Positions 26,272 to 34,497 of a DNA stretch of 61,733 nt are shown here, piece by piece. The notes under the pieces are model-generated. The model worked only from the letters and a program-made list of their open reading frames with translations, was not told the origin of the DNA and ran no database searches. The DNA is taken from positions 1 to 61,733 of the forward strand of contig WRHP01000004.1 of the NCBI GenBank assembly GCA_009783195.1. Direction: 5' to 3'. A program made the translations under genes and the position numbers. The number at the start of each line of letters is the position of its first letter. Positions within the stretch are counted from its first letter, which is position 1. The DNA comes from Syntrophorhabdaceae bacterium (GTDB lineage Bacteria > Desulfobacterota > Deferrimicrobia > Deferrimicrobiales > Deferrimicrobiaceae).

Positions 26272-27204
26272 TTAATTCCTAAGGGATGTGTTCTTGACCA
26301 GATTCGACAATATCCACTTTGCGGCGAGATTGACGAGGAAGGTCAAAATGAACAGGAGCAGGCCGATCAAAATGAGCGAAGAAAGCTGCAGGTCGGCTGC
26401 TTCCGCAAACTCGTTGGCGATTACCGCCGCCATGGAGTACCCCTGATGGAACAGGGAATAGAAAATATCCGGGCGGTTCCCGATCACCATCGTGACCGCC
26501 ATTGTTTCGCCAAGCGCCCGCCCCAGTCCCAGCACGGTTGCGCCGAAGATGCCAGGGATGCAGTGCTGGCCGACGACGATCCTGATCATTTCCCATCGGG
26601 TGCCTCCAATAGCGAGCACCGCCTCCTTCTGTCTTACCGGAACCGTTGCCAGCACTTCGCGGCTGACCGACAGGATAAACGGCACGATCATGATGGACAA
26701 AAGAACGCTTGCCGCAAGCACGCTTGGGCCGTACACCGGTCCCTTGAAAAGAGGGATCCACCACCCGAAATATTTCGCCATTGGCTTCATAAACGCGCTC
26801 CGCAGCATAGGCACCAGCACGAAGATTCCCCACAGCCCGTAGATGACGCTTGGGATCGCCGCGAGCAGCTCCGCGAGAAGGGAGACAGGTTTCTTGAGCC
26901 ATTGAGGGGCGAAATCGTTTATGAAAATAGCGGCCCCGACGCTTAAAGGTACGGCCAAAAGAATGGCAAGGAAAGAAGTGATAACGGTTCCGTATATGAA
27001 AGAAAGCGCCCCGAATTCCTTTTCCACCGGGTTCCAGGCTTGCGAAACTATGAAACCGGCTCCGAATTTGCGCAACGCGGGAAGCGACTCGTAGAGCAGG
27101 ACCAGGAGAAGCAGCAGGCCCAGCGTCAGAACCATAGCCGCGAAAAAAGCGGAAAGTGCCTCAAACGCGCGGTCTTTGGGGTTTTTCGAGACTTTCTTGG
27201 GCAT
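26272..27204 (-). CDS. pstC: phosphate ABC transporter permease PstC
   Basis: Permease with QKEAVLAIGGTRWE loop. Operon position supports the call. Confidence 0.9.
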   Translation of the reverse strand: MPKKVSKNPKDRAFEALSAFFAAMVLTLGLLLLLVLLYESLPALRKFGAGFIVSQAWNPVEKEFGALSFIYGTVITSFLAILLAVPLSVGAAIFINDFAPQWLKKPVSLLAELLAAIPSVIYGLWGIFVLVPMLRSAFMKPMAKYFGWWIPLFKGPVYGPSVLAASVLLSIMIVPFILSVSREVLATVPVRQKEAVLAIGGTRWEMIRIVVGQHCIPGIFGATVLGLGRALGETMAVTMVIGNRPDIFYSLFHQGYSMAAVIANEFAEAADLQLSSLILIGLLLFILTFLVNLAAKWILSNLVKNTSLRN

Positions 27205-27332
27205 TTCACTTTCCTTCCGAATTCTTGGGCGGTGGCGCGGGAAGGTGGGACAAAAAGGAGGAGAGGGGTTATTCCTCTCCTCCCGCAGTCTATGTTAATG
27301 TTTCCGGCTGTAAACGACCAGTGGTCATTTAA

Positions 27333-28382
27333 CTAGTACAGCGCCTTCCCTTGACTGGTGATTTGCCGCAATGTTTTGTCCACCATGTCGGTCACCGGTT
27401 TTGGCAATGGGGCGTAATCAAGCGCCGCTCCCATAGATTGGCCGTCAGTAATCGCCCATTTCAGGAATTGCACAAGCGCCTTTCCTTTGGCCGCGTCAGT
27501 CTGTTCTTTATAGACTAAAAGCCAGGTCAGACCGGCGATCGGGTAGGATTCTTTTCCCGGAGAATCGACGATGGACGCGCGGAAATCCGCCGGCATGGTG
27601 ATGCCCGCGGCGGCGGCCGAGGTAGCCTCGATTGTCGGAGCGACAAATTGCCCTTCGCGGTTGCGAAGCGAAGCGACGGTCATCTTGTTCTGCTTTGCGT
27701 ATGCCAACTCCACGTATCCCACCGCGCCGGGAGTCTGCTTTACAAGGCCGGCCACGCCTTCATTTCCTTTGCCGCCGATCCCCACGGGCCATTTGACGGA
27801 TTTGCCGCGCCCGACCTTTGTTCTCCATTCGGCGCTGACTGTCGAAAGGTAGTTAGTGAAGATGTCGGTTGTCCCGGAGCCGTCGGACCGCTGGGCGATA
27901 ACGATATCGGTGTTGGGGAGCTTCAGCTCCTTGTTGATCTCGAATATCTTCGGGTCGTTCCAGCGGGTGATCTTCCCGATGAAGATTTCGGCAAGTAGGT
28001 CCTGGGTGAGCCGCAGGCCGGAAGGCACTCCTTCCAGGTTATATATGATCGCAACCGCGCCGATTGCCGTCGGAATGTGGAGGATCGGGCCGGGCAGCTT
28101 GCTCATCTCTTCTTCCGTCATGGGGGCGTCGGAAGCGCCAAAATCCACGGTGCCCGCCGTGATCTGTTTGATTCCTCCGCCGGACCCGATCGACTGGTAG
28201 TTGAATTTGACGCCAACGTTTGAGTTGGAATATTCGGAGAACCATTTCATGTAGAGGGGATACGGGAAGGAAGCTCCCGCGCCGTTAAGAGCCAGATCCG
28301 CCGCGATGCCCGGAACAGCGGTGATCGACATGACGGCAACCGATAAAACGACGATCGCAAGAAACTTTACTGCTTTACTCAT
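27333..28382 (-). CDS. pstS: phosphate ABC transporter substrate-binding protein PstS
   Basis: Signal peptide, GAGASFPYPLY.. and SIGSGGG motifs. I prefer ATG 28382 (MSKAVKF), which is preceded by GGAGGTG, over 28397. Confidence 0.92.
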   Translation of the reverse strand: MSKAVKFLAIVVLSVAVMSITAVPGIAADLALNGAGASFPYPLYMKWFSEYSNSNVGVKFNYQSIGSGGGIKQITAGTVDFGASDAPMTEEEMSKLPGPILHIPTAIGAVAIIYNLEGVPSGLRLTQDLLAEIFIGKITRWNDPKIFEINKELKLPNTDIVIAQRSDGSGTTDIFTNYLSTVSAEWRTKVGRGKSVKWPVGIGGKGNEGVAGLVKQTPGAVGYVELAYAKQNKMTVASLRNREGQFVAPTIEATSAAAAGITMPADFRASIVDSPGKESYPIAGLTWLLVYKEQTDAAKGKALVQFLKWAITDGQSMGAALDYAPLPKPVTDMVDKTLRQITSQGKALY

Positions 28383-28472
28383 TTCAGACACCTCCATGGT
28401 TAGATACGCGATTGCTTTTTTGCGCTTTACAGGAAGAATTGATTTTGCGGATGAACATGGTATGAGGGGAAA

Positions 28473-28490
28473 GTTAAGATTGTGTTAAGA
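28473..28490. promoter_or_regulatory. candidate Pho box (two 7-nt direct repeats on an 11-bp period)
   Basis: GTTAAGA-TTGT-GTTAAGA in the pstS / cytochrome c3 divergent intergenic region. On the pstS strand a TACCAT -10-like hexamer follows after 10 nt. Confidence 0.4.
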
Positions 28491-28510
28491 ATGCCTAAAA
28501 ATTAGTTTCC

Positions 28511-28538
28511 TTTAGATTTGCCGAAAAGAGGCTATAAT
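28511..28538 (+). promoter_or_regulatory. candidate sigma70-type promoter for the cytochrome c3 gene
   Basis: TTTAGA, 16 nt, then TATAAT, about 37 nt upstream of the ATG. Confidence 0.35.
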
Positions 28539-28574
28539 CGGGAAAACTAACGATTACACACGGGGGGATGCCGC

Positions 28575-28916
28575 ATGAAAAAAATCATTGTATTGACGGC
28601 CTTGGCCGTTGCCATTGTGTTTGGCCTGGGCGGTCTGGCGGTTGCCGCCGCGCCTCCGGACAAGATTGACATCAAGGAAATCCAGAAAATGAAGGGACCA
28701 GTCCCGTTTGACCACAAAAAGCACACGGGACTGGCGAAAGACTGCAAGGAATGCCACCACGCGGACCAGCCGGGTAAAGAGCAGAAATGCTCCGCTTGCC
28801 ACAAAGACAAGGCTGTGGACAAGATGCTTTCCCTAAAAGACGCGTTTCACAAGACATGCAAGGATTGTCACGCCAAGAAATCCGCTCCAAACAAGTGCAA
28901 CGACTGCCATAAGTAA
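28575..28916 (+). CDS. tetraheme cytochrome c3 family protein, periplasmic
   Basis: Signal peptide and four CxxCH motifs (CKECH, CSACH, CKDCH, CNDCH) in 113 aa. Confidence 0.85.
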   Translation: MKKIIVLTALAVAIVFGLGGLAVAAAPPDKIDIKEIQKMKGPVPFDHKKHTGLAKDCKECHHADQPGKEQKCSACHKDKAVDKMLSLKDAFHKTCKDCHAKKSAPNKCNDCHK

Positions 28917-28982
28917 AAGTTTTTATAAAACAGCTATTTATGTGGGGCGAAAAGAAGCGGGATTCTTTTCGCCCCGTTTTTT

Positions 28983-30773
28983 TCAGGCGGGCAGGCGGAT
29001 GGTGAATTGTGTTCCTTCTCCAAGGCGGCTTGCCGCCTGGATGCTTCCCCCGTGGGATTCCACAATGCGGCGGGCGATCGAAAGCCCAAGACCGGTACCT
29101 CCGGATTTGCGGGAGCGGTCCTTGTCCACCCGGTAGAATCGCTCAAAGAGCCTTGGGAGGTGCTCCGCGGGGATTCCGGGGCCGTTGTCGGCCACCTCGA
29201 GCAGAAAATCGCCTTCTTCTATTTTTCCGGAAATGGTGATCCTCCCACCTTCCTTTCCGTACTTGATTGCGTTGTCCACCAGGTTTGAAACCGCCGCTGT
29301 CAGCGTCCTCGGATCTGCCTGGAAGGTTCCTTCGCCCGAAGCCGTTTCCAGTGTTTTTCCCAAGGCTTCGGCGTCATGGTTGTGCAGCTCCGCAATGCGG
29401 GAGAGGAAGGCGGAAACCGTGATCTTCTCCTTTTCGAGAGGAACCGCGCCGGATTCCGACTGAGAGAGCAGGAGCAGGTCGTTTATGAGGTGTTCCATCC
29501 GCAGGACGTTTGAGTGGACGATGTCAAGAAACTCACGGTCGGGCGCTTCCCCCTTATGGATGGCGTCCATGTAGGTCTCCAGGTACCCGCGGACGTTTGT
29601 GAGGGGTGTTCGCAACTCATGGGAAGCGTTGGTGACAAAGTCGCTTTTTATCTGCGATAGCCTGCGTTCCTCGGTCATGTCATGAAGTAATATGAGTACG
29701 TCGGCCACGGTTTCCCCGCGATAATTGACTGTTGTTCCCGAAACGCGGACAATCCGTTCTCCGCCGGCCGATGGCACAGTAATATAGCGCGGCGTCGGCG
29801 CGTTTCCATTCATCCATCCGTCAATGAAAGGCAGGACTTGTGGAAGGCGGATTGCCTCCGGATATGGACGGCCTTCCGTTATGGTTTTCGAGGCGTCAAG
29901 AACGTTTCCCGCCGCCTGGTTCATCATCCTCACGGTCCGGTCCGGGGTGATGACGATCACTCCGTCGGAGAGGCCGGCCAAAAGCGTTGACAGGCGTGTT
30001 TTGCCCGCGTCGAGCTGGCGGATTGTCTCCGAAAGCTGCGCCGCCATGGCATTTACGGCGGTCGCCACATCTTCGAGTTCGTCTCTTGTCCGAACGTGGA
30101 CCACGCGCGCCAGGTTCCCCGCTCCGATCTCGCGGACCGCCTCTTTCATTTCGGCCAGTGGGCCGGTTATCCTGCGGGCCAAAATGGCGGCTCCCGCCAG
30201 GAGGATAAGAAGGGCCGCGATTAATGCGCTCCATAGTACGGTCGTGATCTGCCTGATGCGCATGTCCAGAAGCGAGGTTGGAATTGCCGTTCGAACAACT
30301 CCGATTACGGTTCCTTCCTCTTCAATCGGCAGCGCGGCATATCGCATTTTTTCCCGGATGGTGATGCTCCTGCGTTGGGAGAAACCAAGTTGTCCCAGTA
30401 ACGCGTCGTGAACCTCCGGGTGGTTCTCGTGGTTTGCCATCTTCGGCACATCTTCCGCCCCGACTGTGGAGTCGGCCACGACCATGCCGCCTGGCAGCAC
30501 GATGGTCAGGCGTGTTCCGGAAACCCGTCCGATCTGGTCGCCTTTTTGCGCGATGCCGCTCAGGTCCAGCGGCTGGTCGGCCAGGAGGGGGCGAAACGTT
30601 TCCGCGATCAGGGTTGCCTTGTTGAAAAGGGTTTCGTCCGCGTCCGAAAGGACAAGGCTGCGCGCGCTGAAATATGTGGCGATGCCGGCAATGAGCATGA
30701 CGACTCCGGCGGTCGCCAGGTGGGTCAGAAAGAACTTTAAGGCAAGGGAAAGACGTCTGGTCATTGTTGTCAC
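28983..30773 (-). CDS. phoR: sensor histidine kinase, PhoR-like
   Basis: Two TM segments, HAMP, PAS-like region, H-box FVTNASHELRTPL and an HATPase (GGTGLGLSI). Overlaps the upstream response regulator gene by 4 nt. The phoR assignment rests on context. Confidence 0.75.
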   Translation of the reverse strand: MTTMTRRLSLALKFFLTHLATAGVVMLIAGIATYFSARSLVLSDADETLFNKATLIAETFRPLLADQPLDLSGIAQKGDQIGRVSGTRLTIVLPGGMVVADSTVGAEDVPKMANHENHPEVHDALLGQLGFSQRRSITIREKMRYAALPIEEEGTVIGVVRTAIPTSLLDMRIRQITTVLWSALIAALLILLAGAAILARRITGPLAEMKEAVREIGAGNLARVVHVRTRDELEDVATAVNAMAAQLSETIRQLDAGKTRLSTLLAGLSDGVIVITPDRTVRMMNQAAGNVLDASKTITEGRPYPEAIRLPQVLPFIDGWMNGNAPTPRYITVPSAGGERIVRVSGTTVNYRGETVADVLILLHDMTEERRLSQIKSDFVTNASHELRTPLTNVRGYLETYMDAIHKGEAPDREFLDIVHSNVLRMEHLINDLLLLSQSESGAVPLEKEKITVSAFLSRIAELHNHDAEALGKTLETASGEGTFQADPRTLTAAVSNLVDNAIKYGKEGGRITISGKIEEGDFLLEVADNGPGIPAEHLPRLFERFYRVDKDRSRKSGGTGLGLSIARRIVESHGGSIQAASRLGEGTQFTIRLPA

Positions 30774-31459
30774 AGCTCCTTGATTTTGTATCCGACGTCT
30801 TTTACGGTTTCGATAGCATGGACAAGAAGCGGGATCTTCTGGCGGAGCTTTGCGATGTGGACGTCCACCGTGCGGTCGATTACATTGGTGTCACCTCCCC
30901 AAACCTTTTGCAATATGGCCTCACGGGAAAGCACACGGCCGGAAGATATAAGGAGCGTGTGGAGGATCCGGAATTCCTTTGCGGTAAGGGGAATCAGTTC
31001 TCCGTGGAGCCGGACTTCGTGCCGCGTCGGGTCCATTCGCAGTTCCCCGTATTCCAGCGCGGGCGCCTCCGCCTTGATTTCCGTGGGGCGGTTTCGCCGG
31101 AAAACTGCCTTGATCCGCGCGGCTACCTCACGGGGACTGAACGGTTTGGTGATGTAGTCGTCCGCGCCCATCTCCAGGCCGACAATACGGTCGATCTCGT
31201 CACCCTTTGCCGTGAGCATGATAACGGGTGTTCCGGCGATTCCGGGTGTTGACCGAATGGCGCGCAGCACCTCCAGTCCGTCGGCTTTCGGGAGAAGGAT
31301 ATCCAGAAGGACCAGGTCGGGGTTTTCCTTGCGGGCTTTGGCGATGGCTGTTTCGCCGTCGGAAGCGCGCAGCGGGGTGAATCCTTCCTTGCTGAGCAGG
31401 TGTACAAGGAGATCCTGGATCTCCGGTTCGTCTTCGACTACAAGAACGGTTTTTGGCAA
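30770..31459 (-). CDS. phoB: OmpR/PhoB-family response regulator
   Basis: Receiver domain (VLVVEDE..DLVLLDILLP..TAKG) plus winged-helix domain (LTAKEFRIL..TVDVHIAKLRQK). Confidence 0.8.
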   Translation of the reverse strand: MPKTVLVVEDEPEIQDLLVHLLSKEGFTPLRASDGETAIAKARKENPDLVLLDILLPKADGLEVLRAIRSTPGIAGTPVIMLTAKGDEIDRIVGLEMGADDYITKPFSPREVAARIKAVFRRNRPTEIKAEAPALEYGELRMDPTRHEVRLHGELIPLTAKEFRILHTLLISSGRVLSREAILQKVWGGDTNVIDRTVDVHIAKLRQKIPLLVHAIETVKDVGYKIKEL

Positions 31460-31557
31460 AGCCGCCTCTTCGTAATGCGTTTTAAAGTCCCATTATAATT
31501 GGGAGCCGACGGACCGAAAGCACCCTTCTTTTTCCGTTGCGGGCGCCGGATGATTTC

Positions 31558-32490
31558 TTATGTTTCGTCACTGGTGGTTTTTTCGGGATTCTGCGCCGTC
31601 TGGCCGTTGTCTTCATCCGCCTGGAACTGCTTGGGCACGATGATTCGCAAAAACAGGTCGGACATCGTGAAGCGGACCGGAAGAGATCCTATATATTCGC
31701 CGTCCACCTGCGCGGCGGAAGGAATGGCGGAGCGGATTGTCACGGACGTGGTTTCACGGATCAGGACATCCTTGGACAAGGTGTGTTTTTTCAGGAGCAG
31801 GTCAATGGCGAACTTTGCCATCGCCATCTTTCCTTTGCGCAGGAGAATGACCGCCTGGAATGCTTTCTTTTTGATGTTTCCGTCGGGCGCGAGGGTGAAG
31901 TTTCCGCCGTATTTCTTTCCGCGAACGATGAATACCGTTTGCGCTTCGATCCGTTCCCGATTGGGGAAATCGAGCCACAACGACGGATGCTTCCTCAGGA
32001 AATGGCGGGCGCCGGCAAGTATGTAAGCAATGATCCCCAGGTAGTTCTTTTGCCGATGGGTCATGCGTTCCAGCACTTCGGCGTCGAAACCGGCGGATCC
32101 GAGCAGGACGAAATACCGGTTGTTTGCCGTTCCGAGTGGTACGGAGATGGTTTCTCCTTCGGCAAGAAGAGAGAGACATTCTTCCGGGGAGGCGGGGAGG
32201 CCAAGCTCCAGAGCAAGCACATTCCCGGTTCCGCCGGGGATGACCAGCATGGGAGTCCGGGAGCCGGCCAGACCGTTGGCGACTTCGTGGATCGTGCCGT
32301 CTCCGCCGACGGCGATGACAGCTTCCGCTTTGCTGGCTGCCGCGTACCGGGCCATCAGGACGGCGTCGCCGGTCCCTTTTGTCTGGAGGATACGGAACTC
32401 GAATCCTTTCGCTGCCAGACAGACGCGGATCCGTTCGATCTTCCCGGCGGTCCGGATGCCGGCGACCGGATTATAGATGACTACAATCAT
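31558..32490 (-). CDS. diacylglycerol/lipid kinase family protein (YegS/BmrU-like)
   Basis: MIVVIYNPVAG start and GGDGT motif. Start set at ATG 32490. Confidence 0.8.
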   Translation of the reverse strand: MIVVIYNPVAGIRTAGKIERIRVCLAAKGFEFRILQTKGTGDAVLMARYAAASKAEAVIAVGGDGTIHEVANGLAGSRTPMLVIPGGTGNVLALELGLPASPEECLSLLAEGETISVPLGTANNRYFVLLGSAGFDAEVLERMTHRQKNYLGIIAYILAGARHFLRKHPSLWLDFPNRERIEAQTVFIVRGKKYGGNFTLAPDGNIKKKAFQAVILLRKGKMAMAKFAIDLLLKKHTLSKDVLIRETTSVTIRSAIPSAAQVDGEYIGSLPVRFTMSDLFLRIIVPKQFQADEDNGQTAQNPEKTTSDET

Positions 32491-32848
32491 GGTGCAAAGA
32501 TTATATGGATAAGTCGGCATTATTGGTAGCGGGTGCTTTACGCTGTTTGTCACGGAAGTTTTTGCGGTGGCCAAGCGTTTTTTGAGCAGAATTTATTTAT
32601 CTCCCAAACAATGTTGAAGCTGGTGTCGTTGTTGATTGGCCGTGTGGTATAAGAATGGTTGTCGAATAAGCGGCGCGAGTGGGATAGGCTTAAAATAATC
32701 GTCTATTGCCATTTAATGGACGCTGCTTTTAGTCCGGTTTGGGATGCGATTTGCCGGCGTCATGGGTCAGGTTGTTGCGGTTTGCCGGAAAATACTTGAA
32801 TAGCTTGTTGCCGGCGCCGGAAGCGCCGGCGCGCACAGCGGGGGAGGC

Positions 32849-33475
32849 GTGATGTTTCGTATTATTCCGAGAGAAGAGGAATTCTTCTCTCTTTTTTTAA
32901 AGGCGTCGGAAAATATCAACGAGGGAGCGCGCCTGCTCAAGGAGCTTTTGGACCGGTTTGACAACATTCAGGAGTACGCCCGGAAGATCGAGGAAGTGGA
33001 GCATAAAGGCGACGCCATCACCCACGACATTATCCGGAAACTGAACACCACGTTCATTACTCCGATCGACCGGGAGGACATTCTCAAGCTTGCGTCCGCT
33101 CTGGATGACGTTATTGATTTGATCCACGGGGCGGCGATGCGGCTTGTGGTCTATAAGATTTCCGCCTCGACTTCTTATGCCAAGGAGCTGGGATTCCTTA
33201 TCGTGAAGGCCGCCCAGGAGCTTAACAAGGGAATAGAACACCTGCCGCTGGACGACGGCAGGGAGCGCGTATATGAGCATTGCGTGGAGGTCAACTCCAT
33301 CGAAAACGAGGCTGACCGCGTTTCCCGCGACGCAATCGCCAATCTGTTTGAAAATCAGATAGACCCGGTTGCAATTATCAAGTGGAAGGAAATTTACGAA
33401 ACGCTTGAGACGGCTACCGACCGGTGCGAGGATGCCGCAAACGTTCTTGAAAGCGTGGCGCTGAAGAATGCTTGA
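32849..33475 (+). CDS. DUF47 (PhoU-related) phosphate-transport accessory protein
   Basis: Typical start (F....REEEFF.LF...) and helical repeats. Overlaps the downstream PiT gene. Confidence 0.8.
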   Translation: MMFRIIPREEEFFSLFLKASENINEGARLLKELLDRFDNIQEYARKIEEVEHKGDAITHDIIRKLNTTFITPIDREDILKLASALDDVIDLIHGAAMRLVVYKISASTSYAKELGFLIVKAAQELNKGIEHLPLDDGRERVYEHCVEVNSIENEADRVSRDAIANLFENQIDPVAIIKWKEIYETLETATDRCEDAANVLESVALKNA

Positions 33476-34472
33476 TACGCCTGAAATTCTGCTGGGGCTT
33501 GTGATCCTTTCCGCCCTGGCTTTCGACTTCATAAACGGTTTTCACGACACGGCGAACGCTATCGCCACTACCATTTCCACCCGCGCTCTTTCCATCAGGG
33601 CCGCCATCATGATGGCGGCGGTGTTGAACTTCGTCGGCGCGCTGGTATCCACGCACGTCGCCACAACCGTCGGAAAGGGGATTGTCGATCCGGCATATGT
33701 TTCCCAAATCATTGTCTTGTCGGCGCTGGCCGGGGCGATTTTCTGGGATTTGCTTACCTGGTACTACGGGATTCCGGCTTCCTCCTCGCATGCGCTTATC
33801 GGGGGACTCATAGGCGCTGTGTTCTCGGCCAGGGGTATTGATCCGCTTCAGTGGGCCGGGATCTCGAAGATCATTATAGCGATCGTGATTTCGCCCACGA
33901 TCGGGGCAATAGCCGCTTTTGCCCTGATAATCGGTGTTTACTGGGGCTTCCGCAAGGTACACCCGTCGCCGCTGAACAGGCAGTTCCGTAAAGCCCAGGT
34001 GGTATCCGCGGCGTTCATGGCGTTTTCTCACGGTTCTAACGACGCCCAGAAATCAATGGGCATTATCACCTTGGCGTTGTTTTCTCACGGCGCCATCTCC
34101 TCCTTCCATATTCCTACCTGGGTCATATTGAGCTGCGCGCTGGCAATGGCGTTGGGCACGGCTACCGGGGGGTGGCGCATCATAAAGACGGTGGGCAGGG
34201 ATCTGGTCGATCTTCAACCGGTCCATGGTTGCTGTGCCGAAGTTGCCGGCTCGGCTGTTATCATGTTTGCCACATTCCTGGGGATACCCATCAGCACCAC
34301 GCATGTAATTACCGCCGCCATACTGGGCGTGGGCATGTCGCAAGGGCGCAGAAAGGTGAATTGGGGTGTCGGGCTTCGGATCGTGTGGGCGTGGATTCTG
34401 ACGATACCCGCTTCCGCGGCCGCGGGATATCTTGCGTACCGTATCCTGTACCCTTTCCTCGTCAAGCTATAA
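33468..34472 (+). CDS. inorganic phosphate transporter, PiT family
   Basis: GFHDTANAIAT and SHGSNDAQK signature repeats. Polytopic membrane protein. Confidence 0.9.
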   Translation: MLDTPEILLGLVILSALAFDFINGFHDTANAIATTISTRALSIRAAIMMAAVLNFVGALVSTHVATTVGKGIVDPAYVSQIIVLSALAGAIFWDLLTWYYGIPASSSHALIGGLIGAVFSARGIDPLQWAGISKIIIAIVISPTIGAIAAFALIIGVYWGFRKVHPSPLNRQFRKAQVVSAAFMAFSHGSNDAQKSMGIITLALFSHGAISSFHIPTWVILSCALAMALGTATGGWRIIKTVGRDLVDLQPVHGCCAEVAGSAVIMFATFLGIPISTTHVITAAILGVGMSQGRRKVNWGVGLRIVWAWILTIPASAAAGYLAYRILYPFLVKL

Positions 34473-34497
34473 AAAAATACCGCTGAGGATACCGATT

